64,000 nucleotides of DNA from positions 128,001-192,000 of the forward strand of contig CAVTUQ010000002.1 of assembly GCA_963737905.1 (NCBI GenBank), written 5' to 3'. The stretch is from an uncultured delta proteobacterium (GTDB taxonomy: Bacteria; Desulfobacterota; Binatia; UBA9968). Shown piece after piece: positions 44,097-54,990 of the stretch. Position numbers and translations under genes: made by a program. The notes beneath the pieces were generated by a model, which ran no database searches, had not been told where the DNA came from, and saw only the letters and a program-made list of their open reading frames with translations. How positions within the stretch are numbered: position 1 is the stretch's first letter; every line of letters begins with the position of its first letter.

Positions 44097-44462
44097 TTAC
44101 TTCGCGTCTCGGTGCACGGTCGCCGGCGAGAAAGCAGGCAAACACACGGCGATGTACTCCGCACCCTCCGGCCCAGGCGTACTGTAACGCACCCACTCGC
44201 CCCCGCTCACGATGATGCCCTGCCCCGCGCGAACCGGATAAACACCCTCGCGGGTCTCTACCTGCAATTCACCGCGCAGGACGATCGTATACTCATCAAA
44301 CTCCGGCGTCTGCCCCGGCTCATTCCAACCACAAGGGCTCGTCATCTTCGCAATGCTGATCGCGGCCGTCTCTGAATTCACCCGTCCGATAAATTCTTCG
44401 ATAATCTTCGGCGGCTCCCCCGCTGCAGGAATGATCGTCGGTGCTGAAATGATTCGCGCCAT
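44097..44462 (-). CDS. Cupin (EutQ-like)
   Basis: PKIIEEFIGRVNS, EPGQTPEFDEY, VCLPAFSP. Confidence 0.8.
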   Translation of the reverse strand: MARIISAPTIIPAAGEPPKIIEEFIGRVNSETAAISIAKMTSPCGWNEPGQTPEFDEYTIVLRGELQVETREGVYPVRAGQGIIVSGGEWVRYSTPGPEGAEYIAVCLPAFSPATVHRDAK

Positions 44463-44586
44463 TTCCAAAAACTACATGGAAAAACGGCTCAGGGCAATTG
44501 ATTTCTTCCAATTCGCCGGGAAAAAACCGCCGCCGGCCGCCCGTAGCTGTGATAAGCTCTTTTTAATCCGACCCAATGCTTACACT

Positions 44587-46072
44587 ATGATCGAGTCTCT
44601 AACCAGTCTTGCTTACGGCTTTCACATCGCGCTGCAGCCGCAAAACCTTCTCTACTGCTTTATCGGTGTCACCATGGGGACCTTGGTCGGTGTGCTACCC
44701 GGGATCGGTCCGACCGCAACCATCGCGCTGCTCTTGCCGGCGACCTTCAAGCTCAATCCGATCTCCGCCATCATCATGCTTTCCGGAATTTGCATGGCGC
44801 TATGTACGGATGTCGACGAATTGGATTTTGCTAACATCCCCGGCGAAGCGTCTTCCTGTCCTGCTGACACGGCTATCAGATGGCTCGTCAGGGTCGGGCG
44901 GGCCTCGCTCTCGGTATCTCCGCCTTCGGCTCTTTTATCGCCGGCACGTCAGCATCGTCGGCCTCCTCACTTTCCGCCCACGCTCGCCGACTTCGCTGTC
45001 GAATCGGGGCGGCCGAGACTTCGCTCTCATGGTCATGGGGTTAAGGGTGGTCGCCTATCTTGCCAGAAAAGGGATGGCCAAAGCTTTGATGATGGCGGTT
45101 GCCGGCATCGTTCTGAGGTTCGTCGGTCTCGATCCGATCACGGGCACCCCGATTCACTTTCGGCATGTGGATCTCGCGAACGGAATCGGCATCGCGCCCG
45201 TAGTCATGGGGTTATTCGGCATCGCCGAAGTTTTGGAAAACCTCGGAGTGCTGACCAAGGTAAAGTCTTCGCCGGGAAAATCAAGGGGCTTTTCCCCGAC
45301 CGTGAAGATTGGAGACGATCCATGGGCCGATAGCGCGCGGCTCGCTGTTGGGATTTTTTCTCGGACTGTTGCCGGGAGTCGGGGCGATCGTGCCGCAATT
45401 TTTGAGCTACGCCCTCGAAAAGAAGCTCTCCCGCCATCCGGAACGATTCGGCAACGGGGAGATCGAAGGGGTCGCTGCGCCGGAGGCCTGTAACAACGCT
45501 GCGGTTGGCGGGACCTTTATCCCGCTGCTAAGCCTCGGCATTCCCTCGAACGCCATGACCGCGATTCTTCTGGAGCCCTCATGATCTACGGCTTGACTCC
45601 GGGGCCCTTGCTGATCAAAAACTCTCCGGATCTTTTCTGGGGCGTGATCGCGAGCATGTACATCGGCAACATCATGCTCTTGATCCTCAACCTGCCGCTG
45701 ATTCCCATGTGGGTGAGTGTCTTGAAAATCCCTTACTCTTATCTTGCCTCCTTCATTATCCTTTTTTGCTTGATCGGCGCCTATAGCCTCAATAACAGCA
45801 CCACGGATATTTATGTCGCGGTCATTTTCAGCTTCGTTGGTCTGCTCATGAAAAAATTCGAGTTCGAAGGTGCGCCACTGGTGCTGGCCTTCGTTTTGGG
45901 TCCGCTGCTTGAGACGGCTTTGAGGCGCTCGCTTATTCTATCCGATGGAAGCTTCTTGATTTTCCTCCAGCGGCCTATATCCGCCGCCTTCATTCTGTTT
46001 TCTATCGTTGTACTCGTAGCTCCCCTATTCAGCAAATTAAGATTGGGGCGTGGACTCAATGAAGAGGACTAA
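44587..46072 (+). CDS. tctA: TctA permease, multiply frameshifted
   Basis: GTLVGVLPGIG, NIPGE, GLFGIAEVL, VAAPEACNNA, LSLGIP, PGPLL occur in shifting frames. Confidence 0.8.
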
Positions 46073-46520
46073 AATCACCATCATCAGCGCCGGCGCCCTT
46101 TTCTGGGTTGCTCTGGGAATCCTGGTATGTTATGGAGCGACCCGACTCGGATTGGGAAGCGTCACGGAGCCCGGCTCCGGTTTCATCTTCTTCTGGTCCG
46201 GGTTGATTCTAGTGATCTTGTCCTGCATCGTTGTTGCCGAGTCTCTGCGCAACACCGAGGAGATGGTCCAGGAGACAAGGGAGATGAACTGGGTGAAGAT
46301 TGCTCTGGTTCTCTTGTCGCTAGTATTATATGCGTTTTTTTTGGAGAGGCTTGGTTTTGTTTTGACGACATTTGTCCTACTGAGCTTTTTGTTGGGCTGG
46401 ATCGAACGAACCAACTGGGCCCGATCGCTCGGCGTCGCGAGCGCGGCCGCACTGGGGACCTTTATAATTTTTGAGCTCTGGTTAAAGATTCGGCTTCCGA
46501 AAGGAATCTTCGGTTTCTGA
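46059..46520 (+). CDS. tctB: TctB family protein
   Basis: 4 TM, PGSGFIF, LERLGF, LPKG tail. Confidence 0.8.
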   Translation: MKRTKITIISAGALFWVALGILVCYGATRLGLGSVTEPGSGFIFFWSGLILVILSCIVVAESLRNTEEMVQETREMNWVKIALVLLSLVLYAFFLERLGFVLTTFVLLSFLLGWIERTNWARSLGVASAAALGTFIIFELWLKIRLPKGIFGF

Positions 46521-46540
46521 TTCGAAAGGAGGAGAAAAAA

Positions 46541-47533
46541 GTGATGCGATCGAGCAATTTGCCAGGACTCGCTTTGCTGGCGGGTATTTTTCTTTCTTCG
46601 GCGGCAACTCTATCTTGGTCACAGGAAAAGTATCCTTCGCGGCCCATCGAAATGGTCGTCGCTTTTCCTGCCGGAGGTTTTGCCGACGTGACCGGCCGGA
46701 TATTCGCTGAAGAGATGTCGAAAGTGTTAAATACCCCGATTGCGCCCATCAACAAGGGTGGCGCCACCGGCAGCCTTGCCGCCACCACTATGCTCAATTC
46801 GCCAAAAGACGGATACAGTATTCTAGTGAATACCCTCGGCGGAATGGTTTTGGCGCCCGTCACTCTCAGGGACGTGAAATACGACACCAACAAAGATTTC
46901 TATCCCATCGCGTTCATCACATCCGCGCCGGATGGACTCACGGTTCGCGCAGAATCCCCTTACAAGAATCTCAATGACTTGATTGACGCGGCAAAAAAGA
47001 ATCCGAACAAATTGTCCTATGGTACGGCGGGCACGGGGGTCGGCGGTCACTTCAATTCCCTGATCCTCTCCCAGGTCACCGGCATCAAAATCAAACACGT
47101 TCCCTACAAAGGAGGCGGAGAGTACATTCCAGCGCTATTGGGTGGCCACCTAGACTTTGTCATCGGCACCGCAATCGCGACTCTCCCTCAGGAAAGCGCG
47201 GGCAAGCTCAGAACTTTGGTGCTCTTGGGCAACAACAAAATGAAGGGACTCCCCTCGGTTCCGACGACCGCGGCGCTGGGAATCAAAGGAGACTATCTCG
47301 ATAGCTGGGCCGGGACCTTCGTCACCGCCGGCACCCCCAAGCCGATCATCGACACGCTCACCACCGCGGCCGAGAAGGTGATCAAGTCCAAGGAATTCGG
47401 CGCCAGGATCGAAAAAACCGGCGGTGTCGTGCAGTATGTATCTCCGTCTGATTTTCGTACCATGATGGACCGCGACAAAAACACCGCCCTGGAGATCGCA
47501 AAAAAGGAAGGACTGCTACAGGCACAGAAGTGA
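46541..47533 (+). CDS. tctC: TctC/Bug substrate-binding protein
   Basis: YPSRPIEMVVAFPAGG, DGY, HVPYKGGG. Confidence 0.9.
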   Translation: MMRSSNLPGLALLAGIFLSSAATLSWSQEKYPSRPIEMVVAFPAGGFADVTGRIFAEEMSKVLNTPIAPINKGGATGSLAATTMLNSPKDGYSILVNTLGGMVLAPVTLRDVKYDTNKDFYPIAFITSAPDGLTVRAESPYKNLNDLIDAAKKNPNKLSYGTAGTGVGGHFNSLILSQVTGIKIKHVPYKGGGEYIPALLGGHLDFVIGTAIATLPQESAGKLRTLVLLGNNKMKGLPSVPTTAALGIKGDYLDSWAGTFVTAGTPKPIIDTLTTAAEKVIKSKEFGARIEKTGGVVQYVSPSDFRTMMDRDKNTALEIAKKEGLLQAQK

Positions 47534-47656
47534 GCCACTAACCCACATCGTCGGCACTTTCTTGAGTGTCTTTAGATGTTTTCGGCGGCTGCGCCGCCGC
47601 AGTAATGATTGTCGTTGTCGAAATGAGTCATGGTATATTTCGAAGAAACACGTTGG

Positions 47657-47685
47657 TTGACACGGGTACGCCAGAGGCGTAGTAT
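47657..47685 (+). promoter_or_regulatory. higBA promoter with palindromic operator
   Basis: TTGACA-17nt-TAGTAT; TACGCC-AGA-GGCGTA inside the spacer; GTG start 5 nt downstream. Confidence 0.7.
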
Positions 47686-47690
47686 AGCTC

Positions 47691-48005
47691 GTGTTCACCT
47701 TCATCGAATCAACAATCTTCGAGCGTGTGCGCGACGCATATCTCGATGACGATGATTACGCTGAATTGCAGCAGTTTATGATGGAGCGACCCGAAGCGGG
47801 GAATGTAATCCCAGGCTCGGGTGGAGTAAGAAAACTGCGCTGGAAACGAAAAGGTATGGGTAAGCGCGGCGGTTTGCGGGTGATTTATATGGTGCGCTAC
47901 CAACCTAATGAGTTTTGGCTGCTAACTATCTACGCTAAAGCGAAACAGGAAAATGTGCCGGCGCATATTCTTAAGCAACTAAAGGAGACATTTGAACATG
48001 GGTAA
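47691..48005 (+). CDS. RelE/HigB-2 family toxin
   Basis: PEAGNVIPGSGGVRKLRW...GKRGGLRVIY...LLTIYAK. Confidence 0.88.
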   Translation: MFTFIESTIFERVRDAYLDDDDYAELQQFMMERPEAGNVIPGSGGVRKLRWKRKGMGKRGGLRVIYMVRYQPNEFWLLTIYAKAKQENVPAHILKQLKETFEHG

Positions 48006-48312
48006 GAAACTGAAGGGACGAGCGCTTTCTAAATTTGAGGCCGGGCGCGATGTTTGGCAAGAAGTACTGGACGGGGTCCGCGAAATAAAGTCGGGTGGCG
48101 GCAAACGATCTGTGGTGGAGCCCCGCTCGCCCATTGTACGCGCTCGCTTGAAAGCAGGTCTCACCCAAGAGCAATTCGCCGCATTGCTCGGGGTCTCAAA
48201 ACGCACCCTGGAACAATGGGAGCAAGGACGCCGCAAACCCAGTCAAGCGGCGAAGACGCTTATCAAGGTAGCGGAGTTGCATCCCGAAGTACTGCGCAAG
48301 ATCGCTGCCTAA
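47998..48312 (+). CDS. HigA-like Xre HTH antitoxin
   Basis: LTQEQFAALLGVSKRTLEQWEQGRRKP; follows the toxin. Confidence 0.88.
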   Translation: MGKKLKGRALSKFEAGRDVWQEVLDGVREIKSGGGKRSVVEPRSPIVRARLKAGLTQEQFAALLGVSKRTLEQWEQGRRKPSQAAKTLIKVAELHPEVLRKIAA

Positions 48313-48343
48313 CTGTTCTCTCAATTCCGGCCCAAAGAAGCTT

Positions 48344-48754
48344 TTGGTGGATACCGGGAGCGAATTCACCTGGGCACCGGAACGGATGCTAGAAAGGATT
48401 GGTATCCGTCGCGAAAAAAAGGATGTAACATTCGTCCTCGCCAACGGTCAAGAGGTTACGCGGAGCGTCGGCTTTGCGATTATTCGCCTCGACAAGTATT
48501 TCACGATCGACGAGGTTGTTTTCGCCGAACCCGGCGATCTCGCACTCTTAGGAGCCCGCACGCTTGAAGGACTAAGCTTGACCGTCGAGCCTGTCAGGCG
48601 AAGACTTGTGGCCTCCGAACCTCTACCCGCAGCGTCGCCAATACCCAAAGCCAACTTCGCGTTTGAGAAGGTTCAATCGCCGCGCCAAGGACGACTAGCG
48701 CCAGCGTCAGTTATCGCTATGACTGAGGCGTTCGCAGTAACACTGCTATTGTAA
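48344..48754 (+). pseudogene. Clan AA retropepsin-like aspartyl protease, apparently 5'-truncated
   Basis: LVDTGSEFTW and LLGARTLEG motifs; no N-terminal strand or RBS. Confidence 0.55.
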
Positions 48755-48767
48755 CTGTTGCTCCGTC

Positions 48768-49160
48768 CTATTTCGCACGGGTCGTCAATTCAATCTTGTA
48801 TCCATTGGGATCTTCGAGGAAGGCGATGGCGTTGCTACCGCTTCCATGCTTCATCGGGCCGGGCTCGCGCACGATTTTAATCCCTTTGCCGCGAAATTCG
48901 TCGCAGGCTTTATAAACGTCCGGCACGCCAAGAGCGATGTGTCCAAAACCGTTACCAATGTCATATGCGTGCGTGTCCCAGTTGTAGGTCAGTTCAATGA
49001 CCGCGTCAGTTTCCTCCGACCCATACCCGACAAAGACGTTGGTAAAACGGCCGGACTCATAGTCTCTTTTCTTTAGGAGCTTCATCCCGAGTCCGTCACA
49101 GTAGAATTTTAAGCTCTCATCAAGGTTATTGACGCGGATCATCGTATGGACGATTTTCAT
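48768..49160 (-). CDS. gloA: Lactoylglutathione lyase
   Basis: HTMIRV, IELTYNW, GFGHIA, EDPNGYKIEL. Confidence 0.92.
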   Translation of the reverse strand: MKIVHTMIRVNNLDESLKFYCDGLGMKLLKKRDYESGRFTNVFVGYGSEETDAVIELTYNWDTHAYDIGNGFGHIALGVPDVYKACDEFRGKGIKIVREPGPMKHGSGSNAIAFLEDPNGYKIELTTRAK

Positions 49161-49218
49161 ACCTTCCCCCTTCGCTGAATGATTCATGTTATCGAAAGTC
49201 TAACCGCTGAGTTGGACT

Positions 49219-50199
49219 TCAACTCATCGCGTTGGCAAACCCTCGGATCGTTTCTTCTCTGCTCCCGCCCGGAGCACTATAAGGAATAATCGCGATCTGC
49301 TGGATGCCAGTTTTTTTGATACGCTCGATCTGTGCGCGGCATTGATCGACCGTACCGGCGATGGCGAATTTATCTACGAGCCAGTCGGGAATGACCTCCG
49401 CGTGATTCGCCTGTTGATCCATGTGGTGATAGTAGTCGTAGGTTTTTCGGATCTCTTCCAAAACTTTCTGCTCTTTCGGATCAAGCACGTACGGCAGTGG
49501 ATGCGCCACGACGCGGGCAACATGCGCCTTCACGGCATCTTTAGCCGGAGATTTGTCTGAAACGGCGCAGGGAACCCATAGAACAAGATTGATATCCTCA
49601 AGTTTGCGTCCCGCTGCTTTGGCTCCTGCGGCGATCTTGTCTTTTGCGTGACCGACGTATTCGTCGGCGACGCCGACGAGCACGATAATTCCGTCGGCGA
49701 TGCGTCCGGAAAGTTCGAGCATCTTCGGCCCGCTAGCGGCGATGTAAATGGGAACTTTTCCTTTGCATGGATGCAGCAGGTGAATCTTACCCGTCTCAAG
49801 CTGGACTTCTTTGCCGGCGAAAAGATCGCGCATCTCCTGCATGGTCTTTTCGAAATAGGAAAGCTTCGCCGGTTTCATTCCCATGGTCTCGACGGAGCTG
49901 TCGCCCAGGCCGATGCCGACGATCATGCGGCCGGGAGAATATTCTTCCAACGTTGCATAGGCGCTGGCCAGAACCGACGGATGGCGCGTGAGCGGATTGG
50001 TGACACCGGTGCCGATCTTGACCTTGGAAGTATTCAAGGCAACGGCGGCCATATTGACGTAGGCCTCGCGCCAGATGAGGTGAGAGTCACCAATCCACAC
50101 GTGGCTAAAGCCGAGTTCCTCAGAAAGCCTGGCGAGATGAATTATCTTTTGTAGCGGTTCGGTCGGAAAAAGGCCGACGCCGAACTGGAAAGTGCTCAC
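49219..50199 (-). CDS. LLM-class (Mer-like) flavin/F420 oxidoreductase
   Basis: VWIGDSH, GTGVTNPLTRHP, PIYIAASGPKML. Confidence 0.85.
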   Translation of the reverse strand: MSTFQFGVGLFPTEPLQKIIHLARLSEELGFSHVWIGDSHLIWREAYVNMAAVALNTSKVKIGTGVTNPLTRHPSVLASAYATLEEYSPGRMIVGIGLGDSSVETMGMKPAKLSYFEKTMQEMRDLFAGKEVQLETGKIHLLHPCKGKVPIYIAASGPKMLELSGRIADGIIVLVGVADEYVGHAKDKIAAGAKAAGRKLEDINLVLWVPCAVSDKSPAKDAVKAHVARVVAHPLPYVLDPKEQKVLEEIRKTYDYYHHMDQQANHAEVIPDWLVDKFAIAGTVDQCRAQIERIKKTGIQQIAIIPYSAPGGSREETIRGFANAMS

Positions 50200-50212
50200 T
50201 AGACTTCCTCCT

Positions 50213-51386
50213 TCAACAGCAGGTTTCGCCGGCGACTCGTTCAGGCGGCGGCGTTTGTTGGCTCCGGCCGGCGACGCGAATTTCTCCGTCGATAATGACA
50301 TAAGAAATACCCGGCAGATCGCCCTTGGAGAACGAGTCCAGCGCGTCATGGGCAACGGACCCCGTGATCTTATGCATCAATACGATGTCCGCGGGCCGTC
50401 CTTCTTCGAGTATGCCGATGTCGAGCCCGTGCGCGCGTCCGACGTTTCCCGTAGCCATGCAAATGGTTTTTTCCGGCGACAACTCACCGACTGATGAAAT
50501 GAACGCGATCTCACGCAGGATCCCGCGTGGGATGACACCGGTTCCGCCCGGGGTGTCTGTGCCTATGAGAACGCGGTGATAGACCCCCTTTGCCTTGACC
50601 GCATGGATCAGACTCAAAGCCAAGCGGTAGTTGCCCGAGCTACAGATCTCGACAAAATATTCTGTCTCGTTGGCGATGCGAATCATCTCTGCTTCCGGCA
50701 TCGGGATCGGACCGCCCGTAATGTGGCCGATGATGTCCGGTTTGATTTTGTTTACAATTTCCCAGCCGGCGACTTGGCTAACGCCCGATCGTGAGACGCC
50801 CCCGGAGTGAATCTTCACTTTGATGCCGCGCGCATGCGCCCAGCTTACGTAGCGCTCCGCTTCGCCGTTCGGCAACAGACTGTAGTCGTAGAAGATAAAC
50901 TTTACCAATTTGATACCAAGAGACGCGATCTCATCGAAATCTTTTTCGGTCGAGTCCGGGAACTAAAAGCAGCGTACCGGCATGAACCTTCACCCCCGAC
51001 GGCCGCTGGTTGTCGTAGCAGCGTTTCGTAACGATCGCCACCGAAAGAGCCGTTCGCGCATCCGGCGGCAACGGCAGGCCGGGCAAATGCAGCTCGCCGG
51101 CGGAAATCAGAGCGGTCACCCCGCCATGCATGTAGTTGGTGATCCACGAGAGCGAGTTTTGTGCCGGTGTATATTCGCCGATGGATGGATGTGAATGGGA
51201 ATCGATCAATCCAGGAATCGCTGTGATGCCGTTGGCATCAATGACATGATCGGCTTTGCGGCTGATACCGTTGCCGATTTCTTTGACGACGGCGCCTTCA
51301 ATAAAAATGGAGTCCGCGCTGCGCAGCGGGCTCTCTAACTTTCCCGTAACCAAAGTACCGATGTTTTTGATCAGGATCGAAGGCAT
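50213..51386 (-). CDS. Amidohydrolase, enamidase-like; indel at ~50950
   Basis: IPGLIDSHSHP, GGVTALISAGE, HSGG, GHITGGP, GTDTPGG across two ORFs. Confidence 0.8.
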
Positions 51387-51512
51387 GCACGGACTATAGC
51401 AAAGCTTTTGCGGCAAAAAAACAAAGACGCTAGATCGTGACCAGACCCGGATCGATTCTTCAACGATCGTCAAAAATGATATCGTGAGTTTTAAGATGCA
51501 TCATCCAGCCTA

Positions 51513-54202
51513 TCACTTCAGTGCCGGACCCAAGACGACCTCTGCAAAATCATCCACTTTGATCCAGCGCGCAAATGCGGCTTGTACTTCGGCAGCCGTC
51601 AGTTCTTTATAGCGCTTCGCTGCCTGGATCGGTTCATCGAGCGGCAGATCCCTCAACGAACGATCGAGCAATCCGCCCGCAATGCCGCGCGTGCTTGATT
51701 CGGAGAGCGGTATGCCGCGCACCAGTAACGTCTTGGCTTGCACCAGCTCCTCAGAGGTGACCGGTTTCGTTTGCATCTCACGCAGGTTACGCTCCACAAG
51801 CACCCTGCGCCTTGGAGGTGTTAGGCGGATCGCAGGCATAAGACACAGTGAGGACGGAACGGTTCTTTCCAGATTGAAGTGCCGCGCCGACCGAATACAC
51901 CAAACCGGTGTTTTCCCTCAGGTCACGATACAGCCGAGTCGCATAGAACGCTCCGGAAAGAACGTTCATGCCAAGCTGAAGCGAATAATAATCCGCATCC
52001 TGGCGCGTCAGCTCGAAGGTCTGGCCAAGCGTCACGTCATCCTGCACCCGGCTACGATCAGGGACTAAAGTCGTCTTGGGCTGATTACGCGGCACCGGAG
52101 GAAGATCCGTCTCGGGCTTCGGCCCAGTTGCCTTCCATTCTCCAAAATATTTTTCCACGACGATCTTTGCCTGCTCGGGTGTCACCTTGCCGATAACGAC
52201 AATGGTTGTGAGATCCGGGCGTAAGACCTTTGCGTAATAAGCACGGACGTCTTCAAGCTCCAGGGACGACACGGTCTCCGGCGTTGCTTGGCGCAACGTC
52301 GGATCGTGCTCGGGAAAAATCGCTTGAAGCAGCGCGCGCTGGGAAAGGTAAATAGGACTTTGCAGACGGCCGGCCACCGCCTGACGGGTTCGCTGCTTTA
52401 CAGCCTTGAACGCCGCTTCGGGCAATGCGGGATGCAAGAGATTGTCCGCGAGCAGTTCGGTTCCCCGGTCGAAGCGATCCGCCAGCACCTGAAGCGAGAA
52501 GCGTGTTCCTGCCGTGACCTCGGCCGCGATCTCATCCAGCGCTTCCTGAAAGGCCACACGGTCCAGCTTCGTCGATCCGTAGGAGAAGAGGTCGTCGAGG
52601 ATTTGGTCGACTCCTTCTTTTCCTTCTGGCACCTCCAGCTCGGGACGGTTCTTAATTGCGCCGTAAATGCTGACCGTGTCACTGATGGTTTCCGGTTGGA
52701 CGATCAGGCGCACCCCGTTGGGTAGCACGGTCACCGTAGGGTTGACCTTCGACATCGGCACATCGAGAGGGTTTAATCTCCTCTTGGCCCAGGCCGGCAA
52801 CGGAACCGACTTCGTTTCCTTCGGTGCGAAAGACTCATTACCTGGACGGGAATTCTCTGATGCAACCGGATTACCGGATTCTTCTGGCGTCAATACCGCC
52901 ACGACCGCCGTGTCATTGGTGATATATTTCTTCGCGACCCGGTTCACGTCCGCAACCGTAACTTTCTTGATCGCCTCGATGTCATCGTCCGGCGAGCTGC
53001 GTCCCTCAATCGCCAGCGCCTGCGACCATTCTCGCGCGAGGCCTGAAATGGAATTTCTGCGAAATTCTGCATCGGCTATCTCGTGACGCTTGGCTGCTTC
53101 GATGAGATCGACGGGAATACCCCTCTTAAGGTATTCGTCAATTATTTGCTTCATCTCAGCGATCAATGCTGAGCTGTCTTGTCCCCGCGGGAACACCGCG
53201 TTGGCATAACCCAAGCCGGCTTTAGGAAGCGCGACGGCGTCGAAACCGGCGGAGAGAGCCTTTCCCTCGGCAGCCAAGGCGTACAAGTTTCCTCTCTGGC
53301 TGTCCAGCGCGTCGGCCAGAATTACGCCGGCGGCAAAATCCGGGTCGTCGTATCCCGGTAACCGATAAATCAACGCAGCCATTCCGTACGGGAGATCCGA
53401 GTCGATTTGAATGGTTGTGCTCTTCAGAGGCCGCAGTTGGATCTTGGGACGTGGGGGCACGACGCGGCGTGGAATCGGTTCGAACAACCGCTTGATCGTT
53501 GCCAAAGCGGCCGTGGGATCCACATCACCGACTATGACCAGGATCGCATTGTTGGGCGCGTACCATTTCTGGTGAAAGTTTTTTAGCATTTTCCCCGTTG
53601 TCTTTTGGAATGAGGGACGCGTGCCAAGGGCATCGTGCGCGTAGGGCGTTCCGGCAAAGATAACGCCGAGGAGCCGGGAGTAAAACATGTATTGCGGATT
53701 GGACAGATCCCGCGCGACCTCCTGCTCGATAGCGCCTCGTTCCTGTTTCCAGAGGTCTTCGGTGTTCAGCACGTCACGCATGCGGATGGCCTCGATATTA
53801 AGCGCGATTTCAAGATCGCTTGCCGGGACCGTGAAGTAGTATTGCGTGACCGCCTGCTGAGTGTTGGCGTTAAACCTGCCGCCCATCGCGGCGATGAGGT
53901 TGGAAAGCTGAGCCGACGAAAGACCCGGGCTGCCGCGAAACATCATATGCTCCAGGGCATGCGCCATTCCTGGAAAACCCTCCGGCGCTTCGTTCGAACC
54001 CACCAAATAGTTAATCTCCGTCGTGACCACGGGCGCCAGTGTGTTGCGGACGATCACCACGCGGAGGCCGTTTTTCAGTGTCGCGCGTGTGACATTCGAT
54101 GCCGTTGCGGGCTGAGCCGGCGCGGTAGTATGGCTTAGCACAACGGCCAGTATCAGCCCACATCCTATGAAGTCGCAAGATTTTTTTCTGATGATCGCGC
54201 AT
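51513..54202 (-). CDS. M16 family zinc peptidase (two-lobed, secreted); indels near both ends
   Basis: GMAHALEHMMFRGS (HxxEH), YAPNNA, RLYRDLRENTGLVY. Confidence 0.88.
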
Positions 54203-54214
54203 CGTTACATTCCT

Positions 54215-54990
54215 TTATCCGGACTCCAGCATGGCTACTAACAGCATCAACCCAACACCCACCGCTATCGCAATGAGTTGTATGATAGATTTTAACAGAT
54301 CCGATTCCTTGTTAAGTTCGGGCACCAGATCAGAGCCCGCGATATAGATAAAGCCGCCGGCTGCTAAAGGGAGCATCAACGAAGAAAAATGCTCTACTCT
54401 GGAACTCACCAGGAGAGCGACAATGGTCCCCAAGATCGCAAACAGAGCTGATATGAAATTAAAAAAGATGGCTCTTGCTTTTGAGAAACCGGCGTACAGT
54501 AAGACGAAGAAGTTACCCAGTTCGTGTGGGATTTCATGAAAGATAACAGCAGTGGTAGTCGCGATGCCAACGGGAAGACTTACCAAATACGACGCTCCAA
54601 TAATCATCCCGTCGATAAAATTGTGGACGCCATCAGCGAGCAAATTCATATAGCCGACCGGACGAATGGGATTGTTGGCCTCCAATGTGTGCTGATGTCT
54701 CCAGAGCAGAAATTTCTCTAAAATAAAGAATGCGAATATGCCGGCCAAAAGATAAAGCGAGGCTTCGATATTTGCGTCAAATTTTGCAAACGCCTGTGGT
54801 AGTAAATGGATGAATGCATCGCCGAATAAACTGCCGACGGCGAGGCTGACCATAACAAAAATTATCCTTTTCAGCGTCTGTTCTCTGATTGAGATGAAGG
54901 CGATACCCACCAGTGAAAGAAGGCTCACCAAGACGACGCTGACCAGGCTATAAAACCATGCGACCGGCGTAGCTTCCGCCTTTTCATCCA
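54215..54990 (-). CDS. ZIP family metal transporter (start uncertain)
   Basis: GDAFIHLLP, DGVHNFIDG, HEIPHELG, FIYIAGSDL. Confidence 0.9.
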
